Shown: piece by piece, positions 48,591 through 61,239 of the stretch | Layout: the number at the start of each line of letters is the position of its first letter | Position numbering within the stretch: the first letter of the stretch is position 1 | DNA from: Macrostomum lignano | Lineage: Eukaryota | Length of the DNA: 64,000 bases | Reading direction: 5' to 3' | NCBI GenBank assembly: GCA_002269645.1 | Contig: NIVC01000073.1 | Location: 806,001 to 870,000 of the forward strand | The notes under the pieces: model-generated | Told to the model about the DNA's origin: nothing | The model's database searches: none | What the model saw: only the letters and a program-made list of their open reading frames with translations | Position numbers and translations under genes: made by a program

Positions 48591-50326
48591 TCAGTGTTGG
48601 GCACCAGTCCGTTAATAAGCGTTAATCCGTTAATAAGCGTTAATAAGTGTTAAGATTTTTTATTAACGTTAACGGACTGCCGTTAAGATTTTTTGCACTA
48701 ACGGATTAACAAATTTGCGTTAATAATTTTGTGAATTAACGACAAATTCATCGTTAACGTTAATGACAATGTCAATGACCAAAGACGCAAAGAAAGAACA
48801 AAAATATAAGTCTGACGAGAAGTTACAACATTGCGAATGTATTCGAATTTACTTAAATGCCTAATTAATCTCTTTGTTTACATGTATAACGATGATCATG
48901 CAAATGTAGCAACTTCTTACTAATGAACTTTAATAATGAATTAAAATTGTGAACTTTATTGCTTGCGCGTGAGCATCGATCGCTTTGATTCACTTAACTT
49001 CCTTCCTAATCTTTCGTAACTTTCTGCTGCGCCTGCTAATGCTACAGAAACAACCTTCCTATTCGTATTTTTATTATTAACTAATTAGATTTCAAGTTTC
49101 GAATAAACGATTTACTTCTTTTACCGATGCTTACTTGACGATGTTTAATTCGGATGTGATTGGGGAGAGGGAACATGATTCATGTAGGCTCCCGATTTCA
49201 TTCCAGCAGCATGAGCAGTTTCACCCACCTCAAACTTGTCCTCATCGTGTTTGCTCAGCACAGTCAGCTCGCCCATTAAGTCGACTAAGAATCCGCTTAG
49301 CCGCGGCCCGACCATTAAAGTGCAAAACGTGTCCCAGATGACGCCGCGCAGCTGCTTCTGCCAGCTTTTGTTCCTGTAGCTGTAGGTAAAGAAGTTAAAG
49401 CCAAGTATATGCAGCATATGGTTGCATCCCCGGAAACGGCCCAGGCAGCTGCACAACCAACTATTATTATTATTATTACACGAGCTATTTACAGAGCGTT
49501 CAAGTTTATATATATTAATTATACATTAATATAGCGTTCAAGCTGTTCCCCGTCCCTGCAAGTCCACTGAAAGAAATGTTGGGGGATGGAAGCGATATAA
49601 ACAGCGATAGAGAAAGAGGGGAAGGACAGGGGGACGGACAGGCAGCCACGAAACCCCACCCCACTGGCCAGCCAATCACGAGCCGCTGCCCAAAAGAAAG
49701 ACACAGGGCAGAGAAAAGAAATGGGGGTGTGGTACGCTTTAAACCCTCATACCCGGTCTGACCGGTAGCTTACATAACGTCGCGAATGTGGACAACAAAA
49801 CGGGTCACTACGTAGTGACCAGGAGAATGCCGATCTGGAGGCGACTTGTCTTGACTGGAGAATCGTTCTGTCATTGCCAGTAGAAGATTCTTGACATCGT
49901 ACTGCGACACCGACTCCGAAGGAAATCTCGTTTTGAGTTCGTCCATTATCTTATTGTCCACGTGCTCTTCCCTAGTTAGCAGGTCTAGCGATTTAAAATA
50001 GGAGTCCATTACGCTCGTAGCTAATTTGTTCTGGAACTTGTTCGAAATGCGTGGCTGTAAATTCACGTGTAATCTTTATATCTTAATACTAATCTTAATA
50101 CTCAACAGTTCTGCATGAAATCCTGTTCTGTGCGTTTTAAACGACCTTACAGAATTCGATGTAGCCAATTCAATTTAAATGTAGCTAGCAGCTAGTGAAA
50201 ATGAATCAAACGAATCTCCCAAGATAAAACAGTGTTATACGCTGTAGTTTATTTGTCAATTTAAATATTGTATTTACGCAGAAGATAGATACGCAATAAG
50301 ATAGTATGAAATAACTTTCAATTCCA

Positions 50327-50705
50327 GGGTGCCGTAGCCCAGGTTCCAGCGCGGCGCTCTCAGGTGCCAGCGGCCCAGGCTCGATTCCAAGTGCAGTCAC
50401 ATTAATTTGGGGCTGAATTGGAATCTCGGCTTGGCTCTGCTCGTGCAATTAACGCCCAGTTTGAGAACCAACCCCCAAGGCACAGTGAAGTGTACATGCC
50501 TAACGATAAATAAAGTTAGGGCCGCTGTACACTCCTGTGTGAGTGTGTGAATGCCTGTGCGTATGACTGCGTACGTATCCGCGCGCTTGTGTGCTTGCTC
50601 AGGGGATTCGGCGGAATTGGTAATAATGCATCTCGCCTGTTGTGTGACCATGTCACAAAAGTGTGCCAGGATGCGTACAGCCCTTGTCTCTAATAAAAAT
50701 AAAAA
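50327..50705 (+). mobile_element. Full-length copy of the tRNA-derived SINE family (also at 23175, 27425)
   Basis: tRNA-like head, shared body, A-rich tail tctaataaaaataaaaa. Confidence 0.65.
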
Positions 50706-51880
50706 GGATTAATTTCCAACACGGCTACTTGAGTAGTTGTCGTGAGCACTTGCAATATGGTATATGTATAGACCTCCAAGAAAAGGTTGCTAAGAAAAAA
50801 AATTACGTTATCAGACTTAGGAGTTAAAAGTTTGACAGCGAATTTCAAAACACTAAATAAGCACAATACAACACATGTTACACTACAGTATTATTAAAAT
50901 CGATTTGTCTGTCTACTTTGACTTCAATAAAATTTGTTGCTATGAGAAAAGTCATAGAAACGCCAGCTATTGTCCAAGATATTGAACAGTATGCCGCAAA
51001 AGGCGTGTAACCATAAATACACCTAAAAGTAGCTCGTGACTTTTTGTCGCACTTCGATTCGACTCTCCTTTGCCAACAAACATTCGGTAGTCTATTTTTT
51101 ACTATCAAAATAGTCAAAACATTCGATAAACTGACAATATATTTATTAAGCTGCTTTCGGCAGCAGGTGACTAAACTGGAGTAGCTTTAGTTCTATTAAT
51201 AATGTAACACAGTAGCAAAGCTGTTGAAGGTATAACCAACGGAACCGGTCGATTCCAATAAAATCCTAGAGCTCAAACTGACTCCTATTCGGTACTCTGA
51301 CAGCCTGATCTGTCATAGAATAGTCCTTGAACCATCAAAAATCCGCTAGAAGCTCTTTTAAGTAAGCTAAAAATAACTAAAAACTGATTCATAAAATGTG
51401 GAAGTCAGAAAAACGTATATGATAAGCAAATAAACAATCTTTTAAACGACTCTCATTTGAAAATTGTTGACGTAGAAGGCGGCAGATTAGCAGTCAGACG
51501 CTACAAAAGCAAATAAAAGAGCAGCAGGGGCTGAGCATAAATAACGCGCTAAAAGTATTGATAATAATCTATTTTATATAGGTCAGGGAAGGTATTAATT
51601 GCTAAAGATTAGGTAAAATACTAACAAATAATAAACATAAAGTTAAGAATAAAAACATTCAATAAAGGTCGAATTACAGTGCAACCAACCAAAAGGAAAG
51701 CCTTTAGCAGCCGCAACAAGGGTTTAATCGAAAGTTGAAAAACGCGCTTAGGCAGTCCAATTGGGTTGACATGATTAGCACTTGCGCAAATCAGTTAATA
51801 AAATTTGGGTGTATTAGTTATCTAGAGTCCAACAACAGTCTCAACGAAAAAAGTAGAGTCAACTCTTTTGGGAAATCCGA

Positions 51881-54800
51881 TCACAGAACGTTGCACGTCT
51901 TCGAGCGACCAGCGGCGCTCTGCACCCTCGCCAGCTTCTCCCGCTTCTTCTCGCTCAGCGGAGGGAGGCTCGAAGGCCCGCCAACCTCTGCAGCCTCCGC
52001 AGCCTCAGCTCCGCTTTTCGTCTGCCCACCAGACGCCGCTTCAGCTCTGCTATTCGCCTGCCCACCAGCCGCAGCCTCAGCTCCGCTCTTCACCTGCCCA
52101 CCAGCCGCAGCCTCAGCTCCGCTCTTCGTCTGCCCACCAGACGCCGCTTCAGCTCTGCTATTCGCCTGCCCACCAGCCGCAGCCTCAGCTCCGCTCTTCG
52201 CCTGCCCACCAGCCGCCGCCTCTGCCGCAGGCGCCGGCACAATCTGCCGCAGTCTGGCGTGAAGCTCCTCGAACTTTTCGCCGCGCCACGTCAGCTGGTC
52301 CTCCGCGTCCTTGTACATCTGCACGTAGATGAGCTGCGTGAGCGGCATCGACATCGGACCCTCGGGCGGCCACGCCATCTTTTCCAGCATCACCGGAACG
52401 ATCGGCTTGCGGATGGCGTCGGCGAGGCTTACCTCTCGCCTGCAGTTGGGCGAGGCGGCGTACTTGGGAGTGACGAAGGCGACAACGACGCTGCAGCCGC
52501 GAACTCCGCGGTCGATCTTCTCGTAGAGCGAGTCGCCGCCTCCCATCTGGAAGATGTCCATCCAGCAGGTGAAGCCGAGACTGCACAGTCGAGAGTAGAG
52601 CGCCTTCACCTCTGACTGCTTGGACCACTGGTAGGACAGGAACACCTGCGGAGCGGCTGGCGGAGCGTCGCGGCTGTCGGCCGAGTCGAACTTGTCCTTG
52701 GCCTTGGCGTCCGTCTTGGAGGCCTCCTTCCGGTCGGGCAGCACGATGGTCTCGTCGGCGCTGGGCGGCTGCCACCAGTTCGCGTACTCTGCACTCACCG
52801 AGTCGTAGTCGGGCGCCACGGCCAACCGGATCTGAACCAGCAGCTCCATGAACTTGTCCGGCGGCCAGAACACTCCGCCAGAGCCGGACGCCTTGCCGCT
52901 TCGATCGAACAAGCGGATGTACAGGTACTCGGTCAGCAGAGGTCCCATGGCTCCTTCCGGAGGCCAGGACACTCGCTCGAGCTGCACCGGGATCAGGTGC
53001 TTGTTCAGCGACACGGACAGGTTCAGCTGCAAATTGGAGATGAGCACGGCATGTATGTGTGAGCATGCATGTACTCTACAGCAAAGATGAGCTCAAACAG
53101 GCTCACCTCTCGTCTGCAGTTGTCCGACTTGGAGTACTTGTCTGTCACACACGCAATGACCACCTTGGCTGACCGAATTCCAGCATCGATGGCCGAGAAG
53201 AGCTTGTCTCCGCCTCCCATCTGGCCAATGTCCATCCAGCAGCGATACCCGGCCTTCTCCAGGTGCTGCTTGAGCATCTTCACCTCGGCCTGGTGGCCCC
53301 ACTGATAGCTGAGGAAGACGTTGCGAGGCGCCGTGAACTCGACCGGGTCGTCGGAGGCAGCGGACTCTGAATGGAAGCGGCGAGCAGAGAACTCCGTTGT
53401 AGTATCAGTTATTCAATTAGCAACGAGTGGTCTCTATTCAAGCTCAGATAGCTTGTACTCACCTGCGTTCAGAATGGACGCCTCGACAATGGCTGCTGCG
53501 TCAAGACGGTTCATCTCCTTGAGCTGCTGCAGCACAGCCTTGGACGCTTCCGCTGCTCGGTTGTTTGTGTAGAACTCGGCCAGCATACTCATACACGGGT
53601 CCGCAGTTGTGGCCCATGCTCGAATGTCGTCGGCCGAGAAGTTCAGTCTCTGAGCCAGCAGTCGCCAGTCAGTGTCGGACTCCGGGTTTATCAGTCGGGA
53701 CACTTCGCGAGACCACGCAGGAGCCGCGCTCAGAGTCTGGAGTGGAGTTGTAACTGCGAGTTGGCTTCTGAGCCTATGATATGAGCCTACAGAAGGCTTC
53801 TTCTCAGCGACTCACCTTGAGATCGATCTCCTCGACCTTCTCGCCCAGCACGCCCACAGCGACATTCAGCTCATCCACGCGGCCCTCCGTCGCGTCCACT
53901 CTGCCCCGAACTTGTCCGAGCTCGTCTCTGGTCTCGTCTACTCGACCCGACACCTCGTCGACTTTGTGTCCGGTGTCGCTCAAGTCTCGCTCGAGTCCGC
54001 CGATCTTGTCGCTCTGGTCGGTGATTTGGCCTTCCAGACCGACGAGCGAGCGGTTTGCGATCACATCGAGTAGGTGGTTGCAGGCGTCGAGCAGAGCCGG
54101 GCTCGACTTCCAGTGCTTGATGTCGGACTCTCGCTCGGCCAGCAGCTGCGGACTGTCGACTCCGACACGTCGCATCAGCGCGAGACAGCTGGTGAGCTTG
54201 TTAGCCTCTGAGTCTTGAGCAAGGTGATGATTCACAATCTCACACATGGACGTCATTAGTTTTGGTGCTTCAAACTTTCCTTTATCAATGGTAGTAATTA
54301 TGAGTGCTACAAGATCGATGTTAGATATCGCTGTCGTCACCAGCTGGTCTAAGGCTCCTGACATCACCTGCGGTTGATTTTCTGCTAGGGAAGCGAGGCC
54401 ACCCAGCGCAATAGCGGCGTATGGACCTTGCAGAAAGCTTAGCAGATAATCTCGCATCTTTTCGGCAGATTTGGCGCTGTTAAGTTTGCAGACAGTCCCA
54501 ATGAACTGAACCATCTGTACTTGCACGGTGTCTTCTCCCTCGCTTAGGCTGATTAGCTGGTCGACTCGGCTGGCTAGTTGATCCGGAATCTCCGTTTTCG
54601 CTGACAGTTGCAGGCATTCTGCTCGCAAAAGTTTTTTTAAGGAATGACTATTATCGTTTAGATTTAGATTTAGTTTTTCGAGTCAAAAAATGTTTGTGCA
54701 TTTACTCACGCAACAGTCCCACAAACAATGCTCCAAACATCTGAGAGCCCGCAGTCTTTTGCTCCTGTAGAAATTCCAACAGAAGCGGAAAATGCGGCAG

Positions 54801-57800
54801 AAACTGGAAAACCGTATCCGGGCTGTAGCCGAGGCAGGTTGTCAGACCAATCATTATTCCGCTTGTGCCAGACTCGGGATACTCATTGGTTTTCCGGCAC
54901 ATGCTGATGTACAGCGGGTAGAGCTCTTTGTTGATAGGCAGCATCTGACAATTTGGCAGCGGTATATAAAGTTTTGGGCATAGAAATTTGCATAGCAGTT
55001 GGTTGGCAAGTTTACATTTTAGAAATTGGTCATTTTTGGGGGGTCTGGCGCACATCAAGGAACGGATTGTAAGGACGAATGAAGACTTACCGTCTGAACA
55101 CTAGTTGCCGACATCAGGTTGCTGAGTAGATTGATCAATACGAGACCCTCGGCAGACAGAATTTCCGACCCGCTCATCATTGTCACCATGATGTCGCTAG
55201 TTAAGCAGGTTTCGATAATCTTGCGAAGACTTTCCATACTCTTGCACACAGTAGGTGGCTTGTTTTTTCTACGGTGGACAGAATATAGGTATTTCTGAAG
55301 CTGTCAAAAACTTTGTTGCCAGAAATTTAAAGTAGAAGAGTGGTATAGTAAGTAGGAAGTTATCCTACTAAAGAGAAGCAAAAAGATTTTGAATGGAATC
55401 TCTTGTAGTACTTAAAGTATATGTAATGAGTTCCTGACTCAGCCTTGACTACGTGTAGGGACTCAAAAACCGGTCCTGTCCTGTTCGGCCCCTTGCTTGG
55501 ACTCAACCGCAGGGATGTCAGGGCGGTAACCATAGCCCTCTCAGGTCATGGCTGCTTCGCTAGGCATTGCTACCTCTAGGGGAAATCCGCAGTGAGGAAT
55601 GCCAGTTCTATCGCTCCAGTGTTGACAATGTAGAGCACTTCATCTGTGAATACCCCACCTTTACTTAGGATGCGGAAAGCAGATGATAAAACATGGCTTT
55701 AATGCTTCTCACATCATAAACAAGATGAAGTCTACTGGGATCACGGCGAACCCGATACCGTAGTGCACGCTCTCAATAGTAGTGAAGTTATCATTCAGAA
55801 ATGCCTCAAGCATATCCAGATTTTCTTGAAAACGATCTTGCAGCGCCGGCCAGTTGAAAATTTCCTTGTCAAAGCCGCGTATTGCGCCGAGAAGGCAAAG
55901 ACTTCGACTGGACACCATCTTCTGCATGACTTCAAACAGCTTTGCCTGGGTAACTTTCTCATGCACGATCTTCTTGCCGGGTGATTTGCTAAAACAATAA
56001 ATCAGTTTCGAATATCGAATAATTCTTTCAAAGATACTACAAACCGCAAAGTAGATAACTATATCAAGGACTCCAGTAGGGTCAGTCAAGTTGAAGCGTG
56101 GCTTGTAATCAAGCAAATCGAATCGACTCTCACACACTCTCGACATGATTAGGGCTTAACTATCAACCTCACTGACATAAGAAACACTACTCGTACTATC
56201 GCATCCATCACTTACTAAAGCTTTTCAATCATTTTCTCCAGAATGGAAGCCAGCTTTTGCACCGGTCCGTATATCAACGGGTCACCCTGCTTGTCCTCGG
56301 GCACAGACTCGTCTAGTTTTGTCAGAGCGTTGGCGCACTCTTCGATGAACAAAATGAAAGCCGGTTGAAATTTCTGAAAAAGTTTTTTGTTGAGTACAAA
56401 AAAAGTATTTTTACTTTCAGTAGTTCAGTAGTAAACCTAATTTAACGCTGCTATACACATTAAAACTTGGGGTCGAACCTCGGGAACAAAACGACAAGGA
56501 TGCAAAAAGGTAATATTATCAAACTCACTGCAGCGTTCAACTGAATGAGCTTCAGCTTAGCATTGTCAAAGTACATTTTTTCAATGCTTTCGACAAACTG
56601 CTTGAAGGACACGCTCAGCAGCTTTACATACAACGGCATGCACGAGGCCATGTCCTCAACTGTAGTTGCAGCACTTGGCAACAGTTTTTGGAATAGCTCG
56701 TATCGAGCCTCCTTGAGTATCTCGTCCTCCGGTGTCAACTCCTCATCATCTGATTTATTGGGACGTTGCATGATGAGGTCGATGTTAGCTTTGCCCGAGA
56801 CCAACTCGCTAAGGCTTGATGTGTCCTGAAAGTTAGAACGAGTTTTATTGCCCATTGAAGACTCGAGCTTCAATAAAAGTGTTCTAATAGCTTAAAAACA
56901 CATTAATGAATATTAATGAGATTGGGCCTGCCCCTTAGGCTAAGTTTCGTCCGTCTGACTTTTACATCTCTCCTTACTGCTCTCTCATTGGCTGAGCCAG
57001 ATTGGGCCTGCCCCCTAGGCTGAGAGTTTCGTCCGTCTGACTTTTACCTCTCTCCTTACTGCTCTCTCATTGGCTAAGCCGGATTGGGCCTGCCCCCTAG
57101 GCTGAGTTTCGTGAGTTGTTTATTTTTGTTCATTTATTGATAACTGTGTTGTTAATTCTCAACCCATACGCTCTGAAGCCGCAGACCATGAAGGAAAAGA
57201 CACTTGAGCTGCCAAAATTTAAATGACAATGCGCAGACGAGCTACTAATAAAAGAGTAGGTGCTTAGTCTAGTACGAGTATTTTGGAGTTAATTCTTGGA
57301 AACTGGCATAAATCGCAAGGCAGTGGGCCCTGTAGGCCAATAGAAAAGTCAGGGTTAGTGCTTGTTTCTTGTTTCCTCACTGACTTGCAGTTCGACTGTC
57401 GCTTTGATTTTAAGAAGCAAGTTAAGCCCTGCGATCTTAGTCTCTTGTGTAGGTGGGTTTTTTATCGCCGAGAACAGATTTGCCTGTTTTTCAGATGACC
57501 TTATACCTGTTGCAATCCTAGCCAACTCTTCAAAATACCGTATGAGTTCCTACTGAATGCTCGGCCTCGTGTACTCACCGCCAGTGTATATTTCTTGCTA
57601 ATTGCCAATTCAGTGAGGCGTCGCAGCAAAAAACCGCCTGACTTCGACGTCTTTTTGTTGCTCAACAGCTTGAAGCATGCTTGGTAGGCATCGTTGAACA
57701 GGTACTTGAAATCGACGTCCTTTGTGGCGCTGTGTGTCATAGAACAATTGAACATGAGTCATTATATGTGCCGAATGCATAAAACTTAGAATAAAAAACT

Positions 57801-60784
57801 GCACTTCTCAGTCTACATGCATCTCATTGGTTCTGAATAGGGGCGTGATTGTACTCGTAGCTAAACTTAACTTAAAAAGGGTCTCCTAACGGACGAGCGT
57901 ACGACCGCTCACGATTAGCGCCATCGCCTTCTCAATAAAACTTACTGTATACTATGGCAAGTGTCTTTACTTTCTACTCGCATAATTGCTATCCGAACCA
58001 ACTGTGTATTGACTTGAGCCATCTTTGGCCGCTGAGCTACTGAGGGCAATGTAAACCGGCCTTAAGAGTGCAGTGCCGGGCCCAACTCTTACAGCGTACT
58101 GTGATACAGCATCTTTTGGAACCAGTTCAAATTCTGGCTTTTTAGCCTCACCAAAGCGCCGAGCCGAAGCTCGTGACGACTCTGTCGAGTCTATCAGCGG
58201 CATCATCTGACAGGTCCGAACTGGCTGCCGAATCCAAGGCTCCGAGTAGCCGTCGCATGAAGGCGTCGTCTTTGGCGTAGAACTGAAATTTCGTAGATTT
58301 CGTCGATAGGCTTTGTTTGATACCAGCCAACAGTAATATTAAATAAGCAAGCCACTGACTACTTACAGTAGAAGGACGATGCACGAAAAATCGTGCAAGT
58401 TCTACTTCTTGAGACCCAAAAATATATTAGCGAAATAAAGAACTTTTGTTCTAGGCACTGAATTAATCGTTTACCTTAATTAGTTCCCTAAATCAACCTT
58501 AAGCAAACAAATGTCATTTATTTACATGAACAATTGACGAACTCATAGGAGCCGATTGGCTGCTCTCCAGCTTCCTGCCCAGGCAGCCGAGGGCGAAGGC
58601 CCAATAGGATCGAATCTCGTCGTACTCCGCCCCGCCGTGACTGACGTAGTCCAGGTAGAGCGCCTGGATTTCCTCCGTGTTTTCTAGTGCAACTTCGTCG
58701 CTGAAAATTGCATAAGGGATGAATTAGTTGAGTTAGTTACGGCTCGTAGATTCTAATCCCAAGTTACGAGTATCTAACACTGCTCAAAGTTATTCGAGGC
58801 AATCATCAACAACCAAGTGATCTGTGCTCTGCGCTGGCTTCCAGGAGCCAAAAAAGTTCAAAAGAAAGACGAGATCGTCCGATCTGCCTTGAGAGTTTTT
58901 CTATTTTCAGTATCTCTGCGTTTTTTCAGGTTAACAGTAAAACCCCCTGAAATTTTTTCCGTCAAGAGCACAGACTAACTTCTTGTTGCACACCTTCTCA
59001 AACAAGAATCAAGTCGCCAGCCGCCTCCTGTCCGTCGAGATATTCAAAAAATCTTGAGCACCTGGACCTGGACCTGAACCTGGACCTTCATCAGGCACCG
59101 CATGCAGGTGACTATATGTACACCGTAGATTGCGAATTTCTTTGTGTTGTGCATGCGGACTGCACGCCGCCTAGAATTCTTGCGTTCTGATTGGCTGGGG
59201 GGTTTGTTTGTCTGCCCAGACCGGCCAAGGCCGGGGGGGTTGATGTTTGCTGAATCATGCTGGTTAGAAGTTTAACTATAATATAAGTGCGCACCGGCCT
59301 TCCAAGCCTTTGTGACTTTTTCTACCCTGCAATCACTTCTCGCATCTTATTCATTTGGCCTCAAAGCACAACACTTTGGTGTCGCTGACCAAGCTTTAAC
59401 AATGGGCAAATCTGAACTGCTGGACGTCATTGGCTAGTTAGTATCAGCTAGTCTATTAAAGATTGGTAAGCGACATCAAAGATATTTACAGTTCGTCAGA
59501 CGGAAAAAATGGCTTGGCATTCCTAATGTTAAACCTTCGCAGATGTCTCTAGTGCTGAGAATTACATGTATCAAGTTTCGAGCTTATATGCAAGCCACCT
59601 GTTTTAACACTCACCTGAGATTGTCCAGCATGGTTGAAACAGTGTGGCTCCGCATCTGCGAGACTGCCAAGCTTCTTTCATCGGCGTCGGCTTTAATTCT
59701 AGCTTTACGAATCGTCTGCAAAAGCTGCTTAGCAAAGTTGGGCTCCTGAAATTGTGCGCAACAATAAAAAGCGTTTCTGTTTTGATCTACTAACAGTAGT
59801 CTGTCACTAAATCGCATACGCAGTGCAAATTATCGCTTACATTAAACGTCAAATCTTTAAAGGTCTGTCGCAAATCGGACCAGACATCCGTTGTGAATCC
59901 GCTGGCGCCGTGTGCGAAACAGGCGCAGTAGGCAGACCAGACCGCTTGCCGAAGGTTTGGCAGCCACTCCTTGTGATTTTTTCTGCATGGTATCAGAGTG
60001 GCGAGGTTTTGTTCGTCAGAGACTTATAAGTGTTTGTCTGAGGTTCTGACTCTTACTCTGTCTCGATACCTGCTATCTCACTCAGCCAGCCAATCCAGGT
60101 ATCTCCACTCGACTCTAAAAAACTGTCCCAGGTGTCTCAGTCTACAATTTCTCACTCAACTATCCCAGGCATCTCACTCTACTATTCCAGGCATCTCACT
60201 CTACTGTTCCAGGTGTCTCACTCTACTATTCCAGGTGTCTCACTCTACTATCCCAGGTGTCTCACTCAACTGTTCCAGGCATCTCAATCTACTATTCCAG
60301 GCATCTCACTCTACTGTTCCAGGTGTTTCACTCTACTATTCCATATGTCTCACTCTACTATTCCATATGTCTCACTCTACTATCCCAGGTGTCTCATTCT
60401 ACTATCCCAGGTATCTCACTCTACTATTCCAGATATCTCACTCTACTACGACTACCCTAGGTTTCTCACTCTACTATCCATGTGTTTCACTCAACCAGCA
60501 TATGCCACAGGTGTCTGACTCAGCCAGCATAGATCTCAGGTGTCTTACACTGCATCCCGCATATGCACGATCGTTCTCAGCACACAATAGTATCCGGGTG
60601 AATGTCTTTTCGGCCAAAAACCCGGCCCCTTGGCCATGCAGTCGCAGATTGCTCGCAGAACATTTTCTACGTCTTTCTGGGTAAGATTCGCAGCCGGGAA
60701 GTGCTGGTCATAGTATTTTAAAAGTTCATTGTCACTGTCGTTTGTCTGGGACTTCAAGTCCAAGCTGGCGAAATGAGCATCCAT
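51881..60784 (-). CDS. Paralogue B: helical solenoid-coiled coil-Death-TIR-TIR-CaaX protein (~15 exons, very roughly 1500 aa), apparently intact
   Basis: Checked exons: 60549-60784, 59841-59982, 59615-59745, 53816-~54610, 53463-53736 (Death: TDWRLLAQRLNF...LKEMNRLDAAAIV), 53107-53366 and 51881-53026 (two TIR_2 units: VFLSYQW...WMDI.QMGGGD...S.NCRRE). Other exons approximate (58540-58700, 58150-58290, 57580-57730, 56530-56830, 56240-56380, 55715-55990, 55085-55250, 54710-55000). Ends CNVL*. Confidence 0.8.
60130..60480. repeat. 22-bp minisatellite (ccaggtgtctcactctactatt) in intron 1 of paralogue B
   Basis: Tandem copies visible. Confidence 0.93.
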
Positions 60785-61239
60785 GACTGAAATTTTTAGC
60801 CATCCATTGAGCAAAGCTTAGATTTTCCAAACATTTTTGTTAACGAGCAATTCAAGTTAGTCGCCAAAATTTACCGTGGGAAAACTCTATAAAATACTCT
60901 CACTGACTATTCTGGAATTGGGCAGAAGGAATTTGCATTAGTATATCGTGTGAATTTCGCTGGAGGCCCGTTTTCGCTGCTAAAAATGCCTTCGGACCTC
61001 TATACTGTCTAGATGTCAAATGAATTTGAGTTTGTCTATGGTTAAAACCCTAGCTAACGTGAAGTAACAAAGCGAATTTTTGCAAAATCCATTTTAGAGA
61101 GAAACAGGTATATATTTTTGACCACGTTCCGAACGATCTGTCCTCAAACTTTAAAGTTCAGTACTTCTAAGTGGAATATTTTTTGTCAATTTAGTGTTTA
61201 TTAAAGTTGAAAACCTGTAAAAATCTGCACGATGTGCCA

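Larger units (their letters stand above)
29984..50009 (-). pseudogene. Paralogue A: helical solenoid-coiled coil-Death-TIR-TIR-CaaX protein, disrupted by Gypsy insertion and a 2-nt deletion at ~30914
   Basis: Exons homologous to paralogue B with the same intron phases: 49774-50009, 49229-49379, 47968-48119, further exons ~45700-46640, an exon split at 45185/35365, ~34140-34290, ~33480-33730, ~33060-33440, ~32740-32960, 31851-~32630, Death 31498-31771, TIR1 31142-31401, last 29984-31052 (ends CEIL*). Confidence 0.75.

Noticed and set aside
48592-48760. hAT-like MITE start (CAGTGTTGGGC plus ttaacg repeats)
   Set aside because: No matching right TIR found, so the element could not be delimited.
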